The position numbers and the translations under genes are program-made. A DNA stretch of 64,000 nt from an uncultured Candidatus Saccharibacteria bacterium (GTDB lineage: Bacteria; Patescibacteriota; Minisyncoccia; Phycocordibacterales; UBA6899): contig CAYLUP010000001.1 of the NCBI GenBank assembly GCA_964386905.1, forward strand, positions 109,660-173,659, written 5' to 3'. The number at the start of each line of letters is the position of its first letter. The first letter of the stretch is position 1. The notes under the pieces are model-generated. The model searched no databases. It saw only the letters and a program-made list of their open reading frames with translations, and was not told the origin of the DNA. Of this stretch, positions 9,171 through 19,563 are shown piece after piece.

Positions 9171-10178
9171 ATGTCTACTTTTTGGAATACATTACCACGT
9201 CCATTCTTTGCTGTTGCTCCAATGGCAGACGTCACTGATCCAGCATTTCGTCGAATGTTTTCTCGATATGGAAAACCAGATGTCATGTGGACAGAATTTG
9301 TATCTGCTGATGGCTTGATGAGTGCTGGACGAGACGTTCTTCTTCGTGATCTCCGTTACGTTGAAGAGGAGCGTCCTATCGTTGCACAAATTTTTAGTAG
9401 TACACCAGAACACATTGAAAAGACGGCGGCACTCATACTTGAACTTGGTTTTGATGGTGTCGATATCAACATGGGGTGTCCAGATAAGAATGTTGAGAAA
9501 CAAGGTGCGGGAGCATTTCTGATAAAGAATCCGACCCTTGCACAGGAGATTATTGCTGCAGCAAAACAAGGAGCAAGAAAAAACGAGAAACATATTTCTG
9601 TTTCTGTAAAAACACGAGTTGGATACAATACAATAGAGGTTGATTCATGGATTCCAAAAATTCTCGAATCACGCCCTGATGCATTGACAATTCATGCACG
9701 TACGCGAAAAGAGATGTCTCTTGTTCCTGCTCGATGGGAGCATGTTGGAGAAGTCGTATCGATGGCAAAGGGGAGTGGAATTCCCATTATTGGAAATGGA
9801 GATGTGGTGAGTCGTGAAGATGGTATCCTCCGTGCGCAAGCATCAGGTGCAGACGGAGTTATGGTGGGTAGGGGGATTTTTGGAAATCCGTGGTTTTTTA
9901 ATCCACATATATCCATAAATAACATAACCATACGACAAAGGCTTGAGGTTATGCTGGAGCACACACGGCTGTTTCTTGAACTCAACGAAGGGAGGAAGAG
10001 TTTTGCGGTCATGAAGAAACATTATAAGGCATATGTTCATGGTTTTGATTGTGCGAAAGATCTTCGTATACTTCTTATGAACGCAGATACTCTGGATGAA
10101 ATTGAACATCATGTTTTTACGTTTATTCGTGAGCATGATGATATTGTTTCGCTGACGCCAGGTGCATTTGTGCAATAA
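9171..10178 (+). CDS. dus: tRNA-dihydrouridine synthase
   Basis: APMADVTD, TEFVS, DINMGCP, TIHART, GNGDV, VMVGRG, MKKH. Confidence 0.93.
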   Translation: MSTFWNTLPRPFFAVAPMADVTDPAFRRMFSRYGKPDVMWTEFVSADGLMSAGRDVLLRDLRYVEEERPIVAQIFSSTPEHIEKTAALILELGFDGVDINMGCPDKNVEKQGAGAFLIKNPTLAQEIIAAAKQGARKNEKHISVSVKTRVGYNTIEVDSWIPKILESRPDALTIHARTRKEMSLVPARWEHVGEVVSMAKGSGIPIIGNGDVVSREDGILRAQASGADGVMVGRGIFGNPWFFNPHISINNITIRQRLEVMLEHTRLFLELNEGRKSFAVMKKHYKAYVHGFDCAKDLRILLMNADTLDEIEHHVFTFIREHDDIVSLTPGAFVQ

Positions 10179-10247
10179 GAAGTTTGTTATGCACAGCCTA
10201 TTAATTATTTCGTGGTAGAATACATGAGTACACGAGAGTGTATTGCG

Positions 10248-10559
10248 ATGAACGACTTTCTCAAAATGGACATCTTCTTTTCTGTGACAACGGCTATTGT
10301 CATAGTCTTCGGTGTTTTTGGGGTAGTCGCTTTTTATTACGTCATTCGGATTTTGAAATACATAACACAGATGGCACGCATTGCCTCTGAGGAAGCGGGA
10401 GAGATTCGTAATGATATTGCAGACATTCGTGCTGAGGTCAGAGAAAAGGGTGCACACATCAAACATATCATCCAATTCTTTACTGGCGCACTGAATGCTC
10501 CTGTGCAACAATCGCGAAAAACAAGGTCAAAAACTAAAACTAACAGTAAGAAAACATAA
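10248..10559 (+). CDS. Small membrane protein
   Basis: One TM helix then an amphipathic/coiled region; stop 4 bp before the next ATG. Start could be 10224. Confidence 0.7.
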   Translation: MNDFLKMDIFFSVTTAIVIVFGVFGVVAFYYVIRILKYITQMARIASEEAGEIRNDIADIRAEVREKGAHIKHIIQFFTGALNAPVQQSRKTRSKTKTNSKKT

Positions 10560-10563
10560 TCAT

Positions 10564-11109
10564 ATGGTTAAGGCAAAGAAGGCAGGCCTCGTCGCTGGTA
10601 TTGCGGCAGCAGCAATCGGTGTGGCGGCAGCTGGCGCAGCATCATACTATTTCCTAGGTGCAAAAAATGCCGATAAGAATCGCAAAAAAGCAGCTCGTTG
10701 GGCAAAAGACTTGCAGAAGGATGTGATCAAGAAGGCAAAAAAGCTCAAAAAGATTGATGAGCAGGCAATGCGCACGATTATCGACGAGTCTGTAGATGCA
10801 TATACAACCCTGAAGGATGTATCCGCTGATGATCTTCAGCGTGCTGCAACTGAATTGAAATCAGGATGGGAGCATGTCGCAAAGGAAGTTCGCAGGCTTG
10901 TGCGAGCGGACAAGGAGAAAGTTGCCGCTAAGCTCTCTAAAGACATAAAGGTTGTAAAAAAAGCTGTTAAAACTGCAACAAAGAATGTTGTGCCTGCAGT
11001 AAAGAAGGCAGCTAAAGCAAATCTCTCTCTTGTAAAAAAGAGTGTTGCCAACAAGAAGACGTCTTCTAAAAAGGCTGCTCCAAAGAAAATTACTTCAAAG
11101 AAAAAATAA
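10564..11109 (+). CDS. Membrane-anchored Lys/Ala-rich protein (YtxH-like N-terminus, histone-H1-like tail)
   Basis: Gly/Ala TM (AGIAAAAIGVAAAGAASYYFL), KKAV/KKAA repeats, terminator 11107-11129. Confidence 0.75.
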   Translation: MVKAKKAGLVAGIAAAAIGVAAAGAASYYFLGAKNADKNRKKAARWAKDLQKDVIKKAKKLKKIDEQAMRTIIDESVDAYTTLKDVSADDLQRAATELKSGWEHVAKEVRRLVRADKEKVAAKLSKDIKVVKKAVKTATKNVVPAVKKAAKANLSLVKKSVANKKTSSKKAAPKKITSKKK

Positions 11110-11159
11110 AAAGCCGTTGGCTTTTTATTTTTTTTCCTGTCTCATGATATACTAAAGCT

Positions 11160-12056
11160 GTGAATATTCAACGAGAATATGTCCATAAATCATATCACAC
11201 TCATCGTTCTTTGGATCGTGTGTTTTTTTTGTGTGCATATGGATATATTACACTCTTTACTGCACTCTATGTGTGTTTTTGGTTTATTCAGCTTCCAGCA
11301 TTTCGAGTAGAACGTATTGTTGTCGACAGTGGAATGAGTCAGTATGCGCAGCGTATTCAAGAAATCTTTCATATGCACACTTCAATGCCTCTGTTTTGGA
11401 TTTTCCCAAGAAAGAATATATTTCTTTTGCCGAAAGATCGCATTTTGAGCGATATTTATGCACTCGATAGCCGTATTCAGCACGCATCTCTTAGCGGGAG
11501 TCATCCCGATATCCTTCTTCGCACGACGATGTTTACTCCATCGTTTCTGTATATTTCGACTTTTTCAGACACCTCTTGTGATTTGGCTGTCTCTCAGTTT
11601 GCATCAGACGAGAACGCTGAACGTGCACCATGTACTGTTTCTTTGGAAGAACATCGTGTGCCTGATGTTTTTTGGGTCACGCAAGATGGATATGTTTTTG
11701 ACAATGCTCCGCAGTTCACCGGTGCGCCACTCCCCGTATTGTCTCAGGATGATGAGATTGAGGTTCGTGTGGGATCGACTCTTTCTCGTGAATACATGTC
11801 ATATGCCCATGAATATATGCGCGAAAGTGCAGAATACGGCTTATCTCTTCGATCAATACATTTTGGAAAAGAAGGAGATGCTGTCGTGAATTATGGATAC
11901 CGTTGGAATGTGCTTGTTTCGCTTCGTAAGTCTGCACACGACACGGTAGATCAGCTCGCACTCGCGCTTAGAGAGCTCGGGACACTTGCTTTTGATGCTG
12001 GCGGCTCTCTTTCACGAATAGACGTTCGATTTGGAAACAAAGTGTTTTACAAATAG
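11160..12056 (+). CDS. Divergent FtsQ/DivIB-like cell division protein
   Basis: N-terminal TM, P.FRVERIVV POTRA-like start, C-terminal IDVRFGNKVFYK. Confidence 0.65.
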   Translation: MNIQREYVHKSYHTHRSLDRVFFLCAYGYITLFTALYVCFWFIQLPAFRVERIVVDSGMSQYAQRIQEIFHMHTSMPLFWIFPRKNIFLLPKDRILSDIYALDSRIQHASLSGSHPDILLRTTMFTPSFLYISTFSDTSCDLAVSQFASDENAERAPCTVSLEEHRVPDVFWVTQDGYVFDNAPQFTGAPLPVLSQDDEIEVRVGSTLSREYMSYAHEYMRESAEYGLSLRSIHFGKEGDAVVNYGYRWNVLVSLRKSAHDTVDQLALALRELGTLAFDAGGSLSRIDVRFGNKVFYK

Positions 12057-12176
12057 TATAGCTGCTATATTTACAAAAGTATAAAATACGATAGACTGTG
12101 TATACCACATGCGCGTTGTGGGAAAAATAGGGAGACCTATTTTTTTATTGAAATGTTTACATGGTATACTAATTGC

Positions 12177-12560
12177 ATGTCCGTGTTCTCTCTTTTTCAA
12201 TCATATCTTCTTTGGCACTACGTCTATGCGGTTCGTGACGGATACGCACTTTTGAGAAATGCATTCTGGTTCATTGGAAGGATATTTTCTGTTCCCTTAC
12301 TCATTCGCACATTATTTTCCCCCTGGCATCGTCTTCATGAAGAAGTGCCGCGTTTTTTTGAAAACCCAGGAGAATTTTTTACCAATATCATCGTGAACAT
12401 CATTATGCGATGTGTTGGTTTCTCTGTCCGTTTCGCATACCTTCTCTTGGCATTCATGTTGTGCATTGTTATCGTCGCGTTTTGGATATGTGCTTTGCCG
12501 CTGTGGTATGCGCTACCTCTTTTGTCTACATTATTCTTCCTCGTACCGCTGTTTTTATGA
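12177..12560 (+). CDS. Small membrane protein coupled to the Clp-like ATPase
   Basis: YLLWHY...FSVPLLIRTLFSPWHR, TM helices, ATGA overlap with the next gene. Confidence 0.75.
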   Translation: MSVFSLFQSYLLWHYVYAVRDGYALLRNAFWFIGRIFSVPLLIRTLFSPWHRLHEEVPRFFENPGEFFTNIIVNIIMRCVGFSVRFAYLLLAFMLCIVIVAFWICALPLWYALPLLSTLFFLVPLFL

Positions 12561-15106
12561 TTTTTCAAATAACGCACAAGTACACAACACGGTTTTATTC
12601 TGCAGTATGCTCACTAGACAGAATTTTTTCTCCACGCGCACGCCATATTGTTTCTTGGAGTGCTGGATTTTTTGTTTTCGTTTTTTTGTGCTTGTCTGTT
12701 CTGATAGTCTGGGGACAGCTTGCTCTTCCTCCTTGGGCTTCTTTGTCACTTTCTTACCTCCTCGCTTTCGTTGATCATATCCCAGGTATTGATATTACAA
12801 ATGCAAGTTTTTTATATCGTTTACCAATTAGTGAACACTTTTCTGTTGCCTTTCCGTTTGTTTCAGGGCTTGGGTTTTGGAATATTATATTTGGGTTGAG
12901 TATTGCTACGTATCTTTATACAGCGTTGCTGACAATATTTGCGCGTTCTGCCTATTTTCAAGATCTTGCCTCAGCAGAGTTGTTTCATGAGCGTGTCCTT
13001 TCATATGTAGTTTCTGAAATTTTTCAACAAGCTGAAGAAGGTGACGTGCTCCGATCTTTTGTTCAACATCCAATTGGAAAGCACTTTTTTCAGCGTATTG
13101 AAGTGACACAGAGTGAATTGGGACAATTTCTTGTTACGCGAATGCACATCGTTGACTATCGTGAAGTCCCGAGTGTGTATCGTGTCCATACAATATCGGA
13201 ACTTATCCTTTCTCTCTGTCAATCTGAGGAAGTTGCGTTGTGGTTGCAGCGAAAGGGAATACATTCTGAAGATATTGCTATTGCGGCTTCGTGGGTTGAG
13301 TCAGAATATCGTATCCAAAAAGAACAAGAAAGGTGGTGGGGAAGAGAGGCGCTTGCGCGAATTCCTGTTTTTGGTGAGGAAATAGCATATGGATATGGAT
13401 TACTCATAAAAAAATTCACGACACCAGTGCTCCCGGTGGAGTCTCATCTCCGGTTTACGGGCGTAAGTGCGGAGGATCCTGTGGCACAATTACTGGAGTT
13501 ACTTCAACGCTCCGATGGGACAAATGCACTTATAATTTCCCCAAGTATTGCGCAGGGAATGGATATTATGCAGTCTGCGGTGGCTGAGATTTCTCGTTCA
13601 CAACATCCAAGATTTACACACAAAAAATGTCTTCTGTTCGACATTCCGTATTTTGAGCAACACGCAACTACTGTTAGCGAATTTGAGAGCATTCTTACGT
13701 CGATTCTTCTCGACGCACTCCGCTCGGGGAATTGCATACTTATTATTGACAATATTACCGCATTGATCCAGCGCGGACTTCTCCTTGGAGCTGATGTTGA
13801 CGGAATCCTCCGTCCCATTCTTGAATCAGCAGCTCTTCAAGTGATTGCACTTACGAGTATAGAGCAATTTCATGGACCTCTTTCTGCTCATCAGAATATT
13901 ACTCACGCATTTCATGAATTACACATTGAACAACTCTCTGATATCGAGCATCTTCGTAGACTTATTGTGTATGTAGAGCATCTTGAGCGTGAACAATCGG
14001 TACTCTTTTCAGTGCGTGCAGTGCACCAGATTATTACTGACGCAAATCGTGTTCGCACAAATCGCACACTTTTTGATCAGTCACGAGATATTCTTGCTGG
14101 CATCGTATCGACTACAGAGAAGAGTGCGCCACTCCTTATCACTAAAGATGATGTTGATGAATATGTTGCACAACACACACATATACCGATTGGCCCAACT
14201 GGCAAGGATGAAGAGATCCAGTTGCTCAACCTGGAGAAAGTCTTGCATCAATCTGTTGTTGGCCAAGATAAGGCTATCCATGCGATTTCTCAATCATTAC
14301 GAAGAAGTCGTTTGGGGTTACGTAATGAAAACCGTCCGATTGCCTCGTTCCTATTCTTTGGTCCAACTGGTGTAGGGAAAACAGAAGTCGCAAAAACAAT
14401 TGCGCGGGAATATTTTCATAGTGAAGAAAATATGCACCGTTTTGATATGACAGAATTTTCTGATCATACTGCTTTAGAACGCTTTATTGGTGGTGTAGAT
14501 TCCGGAGATGGTGCACTAGTGACCTGCCTTCTCGAGAGGCCATACGCGGTTTTGCTCCTTGATGAATTCGAGAAAGCGAACAGAAATATTCACGATCTCT
14601 TCTTGCAAATTATTGATGAAGGGTATTTCCATGATGTGAGTTCGAGAAAGATAAATTGTACAAATCTTGTGATTATTGCGACGAGCAATATTGCAGCGGA
14701 GGAAATCTATGCACACATCCGCAATGGAACAGTGCTTACAGATGTGCACGAAAGACAGTTAATTGCTCATACTATTGAACAAGGTCTTCTCAGGTCTGAA
14801 TTATTGAATCGATTTGATGAACTCATTTTGTTTCAGCCTCTGTCATCAGATGCATTGCGGCGTATTGCAGAGCTCATGCTATCGAAATTTGCAAAGCGTT
14901 TACTTGAAAAAGGAGTTGTGCTACAGATTAACGACGTTCTACTTCAATATCTGATGAGTCATGGAGTCGATCCCTTGTTTGGAGCACGTCCAATGCAGCG
15001 TGTTATTCAAAATAGTATCGAGCCTATCATTGCAGAGAAGCTTCTTCGGCACGAATTATCATCCGGTATGAGTTTTGCTTTTACAGAAGCTGATCTTCCA
15101 AAATAA
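12557..15106 (+). CDS. Membrane-anchored ClpA/B-type AAA+ ATPase (NBD1 degenerate)
   Basis: N-terminal TMs. NBD2 intact: [37 protein letters not shown]. Confidence 0.85.
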   Translation: MIFQITHKYTTRFYSAVCSLDRIFSPRARHIVSWSAGFFVFVFLCLSVLIVWGQLALPPWASLSLSYLLAFVDHIPGIDITNASFLYRLPISEHFSVAFPFVSGLGFWNIIFGLSIATYLYTALLTIFARSAYFQDLASAELFHERVLSYVVSEIFQQAEEGDVLRSFVQHPIGKHFFQRIEVTQSELGQFLVTRMHIVDYREVPSVYRVHTISELILSLCQSEEVALWLQRKGIHSEDIAIAASWVESEYRIQKEQERWWGREALARIPVFGEEIAYGYGLLIKKFTTPVLPVESHLRFTGVSAEDPVAQLLELLQRSDGTNALIISPSIAQGMDIMQSAVAEISRSQHPRFTHKKCLLFDIPYFEQHATTVSEFESILTSILLDALRSGNCILIIDNITALIQRGLLLGADVDGILRPILESAALQVIALTSIEQFHGPLSAHQNITHAFHELHIEQLSDIEHLRRLIVYVEHLEREQSVLFSVRAVHQIITDANRVRTNRTLFDQSRDILAGIVSTTEKSAPLLITKDDVDEYVAQHTHIPIGPTGKDEEIQLLNLEKVLHQSVVGQDKAIHAISQSLRRSRLGLRNENRPIASFLFFGPTGVGKTEVAKTIAREYFHSEENMHRFDMTEFSDHTALERFIGGVDSGDGALVTCLLERPYAVLLLDEFEKANRNIHDLFLQIIDEGYFHDVSSRKINCTNLVIIATSNIAAEEIYAHIRNGTVLTDVHERQLIAHTIEQGLLRSELLNRFDELILFQPLSSDALRRIAELMLSKFAKRLLEKGVVLQINDVLLQYLMSHGVDPLFGARPMQRVIQNSIEPIIAEKLLRHELSSGMSFAFTEADLPK

Positions 15107-15141
15107 AAAGATGAGCACCATAAGTGCTCATCTTTTTATTG

Positions 15142-15225
15142 TGCGCCGGGTAGGATTCGAACCTACGTAGCCCATTGGGCGACAGATTTACAGTCTGTTG
15201 CGATTGACCGCTCCGCCACCGACGC
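15142..15225 (-). tRNA. tRNA-Tyr(GTA)
   Basis: gcgtcgg/ccggcgc acceptor, acaga-ctGTAaa-tctgt, long variable arm; shares terminator 15102-15140 with the convergent gene. Confidence 0.95.
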
Positions 15226-15333
15226 AGTGAAAACTGTTTTTGTATTATACGGCCAAAATTGAAAATTGCAAGCAATGTGTCGCATTTGTTTCCACAGTGT
15301 GTTTTTCATATTTGTTGTATAATAGATACAAAT

Positions 15334-17148
15334 ATGGAAGTCAGTCCGCTTACAGCGGGTAAGGCGCAATTAGGGAAAGTTACACCACCACATGGAGGAA
15401 GACTCTTAATTACTCTTACCAGTGTCCTTTTGTTCGTCATGATACTCCTCGTCACAGTGTTGACGTATTTTTTGCCAGAAACATTTTTAAATAAATATAC
15501 GACGTCTATTGTTGCAAGTGTCGTTGGTGCATTTTCTATTGTGATTATCATCATGATGCGTATAACCTTGAAGCCCTATTTTGCATATGCAGAGCGCGCT
15601 ATCGAAGTTGTGCAAACCGTTGCTGTTTCAAGTGATCGACATGCTCGTGCGATTATTGGCTCCGGTCTGGGGTATTGGGATTACGATATCATCAGCGGCG
15701 CCGTGTATTTTTCGCCTCATATGATGGCATTACTCGGATATGGGGAACAAGAAAGAAATGATCGCATTGATTTTTGGTATAGTCTTATTCATCCTGACGA
15801 CGTTGAAGGTGTTCGCCGTACAATGACCTATCATTTTGACAGAAGAACGCCGGAATACTCTATCGAATATCGTGTTCGTCGTGCAAATGGAGAGTATATC
15901 TGGGTCGTCGATAAGGGGCGAGCAGAATATGGACTTGACGGGAAAGCCACAAAGCTCTCCGGGGTAACACAAGACATGACGAATCTTCGTCGTGTTCAAG
16001 AAGTTTTGGACGCACGTACTCGCGAGCTTGAAGTCGCAACGAAAAAAATCGTCGAGGAATCTCGAAATGCATTGAAGTTTAAGATGGCAACTGATGGTTC
16101 TGTTCAGGCTGTTGCGATTACTGATCCTGAAGGAAAAATTGTCTACGTGAATCCCGCATGGTCTCAGCTGAATGGATATCTTTTTGCGGAGGTCAATGGC
16201 CAGACGCACCGAATTCTTAAGAGTGCAGACACGCGAGAGGAACTTTTTGCTCAAATGTATCAGGCAATTATGGCAGGAAATGCATTTAAAACAGAAGATA
16301 TTTTTAATATTCGAAAAGATGGTACAAAGTATCAAGCTGCGTTAACCATCGTCCCTATTCGAGAAGATGGAAAAGTGATTTTCTACGTTGGTCTTTCTGA
16401 AGATATTACTCAAAGGAAGGAGGTAGATAAAGCAAAAACAGAGTTCGTTTCATTAGCATCTCATCAACTTCGCACGCCGTTGTCGGCAATTCGATGGTAT
16501 TCCGAAATGCTCTTGTCAAAATATGTTGGTGAATTAAATGAAAAGCAGAGACAGTATGTTCAAGAAATCTATCATGGAAATATCCGTATGGTAGACCTTG
16601 TTAATGCGCTTTTGAATACATCGCGAATCGATCTCGGTACTTTTGCCGTTGAACCCGAGCCCGTTAGTTTGATTGAAATTGCAGAGTCAGTTCTTTCGGA
16701 GCTTACTCCTCAAATCATTGAGCGAAAGCAGGAGATCGAGAAAGTATTTCAAGCTGCTCCGGCTGTCTACAATGCCGACCCTAAACTAATTCGCATCGTC
16801 TTCCAAAACCTTCTCTCAAACTCGGTGAAATATACACAAGTGGGAGGAAAAATTGGAGTCGAAATTAGCACAAAAGGTTCTGATCTCTACTTGAGTGTTT
16901 GGGATAACGGATACGGTATTCCACGACACCAACAAAGTCAGATGTTCCAAAAATTGTTCCGTGCTGATAATGTGCGACAAAAGGATACGGAGGGTACTGG
17001 TTTGGGTATGTATATCATTAAGGCCATTGTTGAATCGGCGAAAGGCCGAATCTGGTTTGATTCTGAAGAAAATAAGGGAACAAAATTCCACGTATTAATG
17101 CCACTTTCTGGCATGATTAAGAAGACGGGAACAAAAGGGCTTTCATAA
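15334..17148 (+). CDS. PAS-PAS sensor histidine kinase
   Basis: 2 TM, PAS (IHPDD), PAS (YVNPAW), ASHQLRTPL H-box, NLLSNSVKY, DNGYGI, GTGLGM. Confidence 0.93.
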   Translation: MEVSPLTAGKAQLGKVTPPHGGRLLITLTSVLLFVMILLVTVLTYFLPETFLNKYTTSIVASVVGAFSIVIIIMMRITLKPYFAYAERAIEVVQTVAVSSDRHARAIIGSGLGYWDYDIISGAVYFSPHMMALLGYGEQERNDRIDFWYSLIHPDDVEGVRRTMTYHFDRRTPEYSIEYRVRRANGEYIWVVDKGRAEYGLDGKATKLSGVTQDMTNLRRVQEVLDARTRELEVATKKIVEESRNALKFKMATDGSVQAVAITDPEGKIVYVNPAWSQLNGYLFAEVNGQTHRILKSADTREELFAQMYQAIMAGNAFKTEDIFNIRKDGTKYQAALTIVPIREDGKVIFYVGLSEDITQRKEVDKAKTEFVSLASHQLRTPLSAIRWYSEMLLSKYVGELNEKQRQYVQEIYHGNIRMVDLVNALLNTSRIDLGTFAVEPEPVSLIEIAESVLSELTPQIIERKQEIEKVFQAAPAVYNADPKLIRIVFQNLLSNSVKYTQVGGKIGVEISTKGSDLYLSVWDNGYGIPRHQQSQMFQKLFRADNVRQKDTEGTGLGMYIIKAIVESAKGRIWFDSEENKGTKFHVLMPLSGMIKKTGTKGLS

Positions 17149-17216
17149 AAACACCTCCAAGGGTGTTTTTATGTGGATATGCAAAGAGTTTATTTCTGAT
17201 ACAATATGATAATCAT

Positions 17217-17633
17217 ATGAATTCACAAGAACGTACCCAGACTGTTCTCGTCGTCGAGGATGAAAAACAGCTTTCATTTGCTGTTACGGAGGCACTTCAT
17301 GCACACGGATTTACCGTATACAACGCAATTTCTTTAGATACAGCAATAGAGCAATTGCAATCAATTGGTACTGTTGATGTTATTTGGCTTGACCACTACT
17401 TGATGGGCGCAGGGAACGGTATCGATTTTGTGGTAAAATTAAAGAGTGACCCGAGATGGAGTCAGATTCCTGTATTTATTGTTTCAAATACAGCATCAAC
17501 ACAAAATGTTCATTCATATATTCAGCTTGGCGTAACAAATTATTATACAAAGGCTGATTATGATATTGGACAAATTATTAGTGATATCAAGTATACGCTT
17601 GCGCAGAATGCGTCGCTTACGCATACAATATAA
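17217..17633 (+). CDS. Stand-alone response regulator receiver
   Basis: VLVVEDE, WLDH, IVSN, YYTK. Confidence 0.88.
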   Translation: MNSQERTQTVLVVEDEKQLSFAVTEALHAHGFTVYNAISLDTAIEQLQSIGTVDVIWLDHYLMGAGNGIDFVVKLKSDPRWSQIPVFIVSNTASTQNVHSYIQLGVTNYYTKADYDIGQIISDIKYTLAQNASLTHTI

Positions 17634-17638
17634 ACATT

Positions 17639-18022
17639 ATGGCAACATTGTTAAATAAAAAAGTTCTTGTCACTGAAGATGAAGCGCCGCTTCGGAATGC
17701 CGTCTCTGATATTTTGACATTTGAGGGCTTCACCGTATTTCAAGCGAAAAATGGACAAGAAGGTCTTGATATCGCTTTAAAAGAGCATCCAGATCTCATC
17801 CTTCTTGATTTGATGATGCCGGTCATGGATGGCCTGACGATGCTCCAAAAGCTTCGTGAGGATGAATGGGGAAAAACTGCTGCGGTTATTCTTTTGACAA
17901 ATATCAATGATCCAGAAAAAGTCGCTGCTGCAACAGATGCGGGGACGTATGATTTTCTTGTGAAGTCTGATTGGAATATCGAGGATGTTGTTGGCAAAAT
18001 CAAAACCCGACTCGGTGTCTAA
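17639..18022 (+). CDS. Stand-alone response regulator receiver
   Basis: VLVTEDE, PDLILLDLMMPVMDG, LLTN, FLVK. Confidence 0.92.
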   Translation: MATLLNKKVLVTEDEAPLRNAVSDILTFEGFTVFQAKNGQEGLDIALKEHPDLILLDLMMPVMDGLTMLQKLREDEWGKTAAVILLTNINDPEKVAAATDAGTYDFLVKSDWNIEDVVGKIKTRLGV

Positions 18023-18170
18023 GTTTATGGTTTTGAAGAAATAACCCTTAGTTCGATACGTGACACGTTTACTATGTTTTAAGCACGGCCCACTTGTGTT
18101 CACGCCTCTCCGACAGGCGCAATTTCATTCAAAATTTTGAGTGTATAAAAAACGGCCTAGGCCGTTTTAT

Positions 18171-19562
18171 TTATGCGGGACGGATAATAGTATGTCCATC
18201 TTTCGTGTCTTCGAGGGTGAATCCGCGAGACGCGATACGTATTCGTATCTCATCTGCACGATTCCAGTTTTTGGCAATTTTCGCTATACGTCTTTCTTCT
18301 GAAAGGCGAACAATATCTTCTGGTATTTCGAACGAGGTGAGTTCTTCATCGCAAGAGATGAGTAAGCCCAAACCTAGAAGCTCATCAATTTTTGCAATTG
18401 TTGCCTTGTCAATATCGCTTCCTGTCGAAAGAAAGGTATGAAGGAGGGCAAGAACGCCAGAAGTGTTTAGGTCTTTATTGATGAATTCCGTTACAGCATC
18501 AATATATTCTTGCTTTGGTGAAGTTCCTGAGGGGAGTTCCGCAACTTTCTTCCTAAGCCGTATGAGTGCGGTTTCGGCGGCACGTACTGCCTCTGCAGTA
18601 AAGTTGACTTGCGTCCTATAGTGAGAGGTGAGAAGCCAATAACGGTATCCCAAAGGGGAGATCTCAAATTTATCTTGAAGTTCTGTGACGCGATATGTGT
18701 TTCCAAGAGATTTGCTCATTTTTTGCCCATCAACATTCATAAACGCAACATGCATCCAATATCGCGCAAATGGCTTCTCCGTTGCACACTCGCTCTGGGC
18801 AATTTCATTTGTGTGGTGCACAGGGATATGATCGATACCTCCAGTGTGAATATCTATGGTTTCAGAATCTAAACATTTCATAGACATTGCTGAACACTCA
18901 ATGTGCCAGCCGGGAAAACCGACACCCCATGGTGAGTCCCACTCTTGAAGACGATGTTCCCCGGAAGTGTTGAGTTTCCATAAAGCGAAATCAGTTGAAT
19001 GACGCTTCTCTCCAATGTCAACACGTTCTCCGGCAGAAAGCCCAGTCAAGTCAAGGCGTGCGAAGTCTGGGTAGTGAGAAAATTTTGATGTATCAAAATA
19101 TACTCCATCGCGCGTTAGATAGGTGTACCCTTTTTGTTCAAGCACACGAATAAGTGCGATTTGCTCAGAAATATGTTTGGTAGCTCTTGGGTAGTCGTGT
19201 GCTCGGCGGATGTTCAGGGCATCAGAATCTGACAGGAAAGCCTCTGTATACTTTTGAATGATGGTCTCGACATTCGTTCCGTCTCTCTTTGCTCCGACTT
19301 CGATTTTATCCTCGCCCTCATCAGCATCGGAAACGAGATGTCCAACATCGGTGATATTGATGACTTGTTTTGTTGTATAGCCATTCCACTCGAGCGCCCT
19401 GCGGAGTGTATCTGCAAAAACGTACGCACGCATATTTCCAATATGCGCATAATTATAGACGGTTGGGCCACAATGATATAACAATACTTCTTTTGAGTTC
19501 GTTCTTGGAATAAATGGAATAAGATCTCGCTGTGCGGTATTGTAGATGTAGAGTTCTTGCAT
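18171..19562 (-). CDS. cysS: Cysteine--tRNA ligase
   Basis: CGPTVY, HIGN, GFPGWHIECSAM, KMSKS. Confidence 0.97.
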   Translation of the reverse strand: MQELYIYNTAQRDLIPFIPRTNSKEVLLYHCGPTVYNYAHIGNMRAYVFADTLRRALEWNGYTTKQVINITDVGHLVSDADEGEDKIEVGAKRDGTNVETIIQKYTEAFLSDSDALNIRRAHDYPRATKHISEQIALIRVLEQKGYTYLTRDGVYFDTSKFSHYPDFARLDLTGLSAGERVDIGEKRHSTDFALWKLNTSGEHRLQEWDSPWGVGFPGWHIECSAMSMKCLDSETIDIHTGGIDHIPVHHTNEIAQSECATEKPFARYWMHVAFMNVDGQKMSKSLGNTYRVTELQDKFEISPLGYRYWLLTSHYRTQVNFTAEAVRAAETALIRLRKKVAELPSGTSPKQEYIDAVTEFINKDLNTSGVLALLHTFLSTGSDIDKATIAKIDELLGLGLLISCDEELTSFEIPEDIVRLSEERRIAKIAKNWNRADEIRIRIASRGFTLEDTKDGHTIIRPA

Positions 19563-19563
19563 A

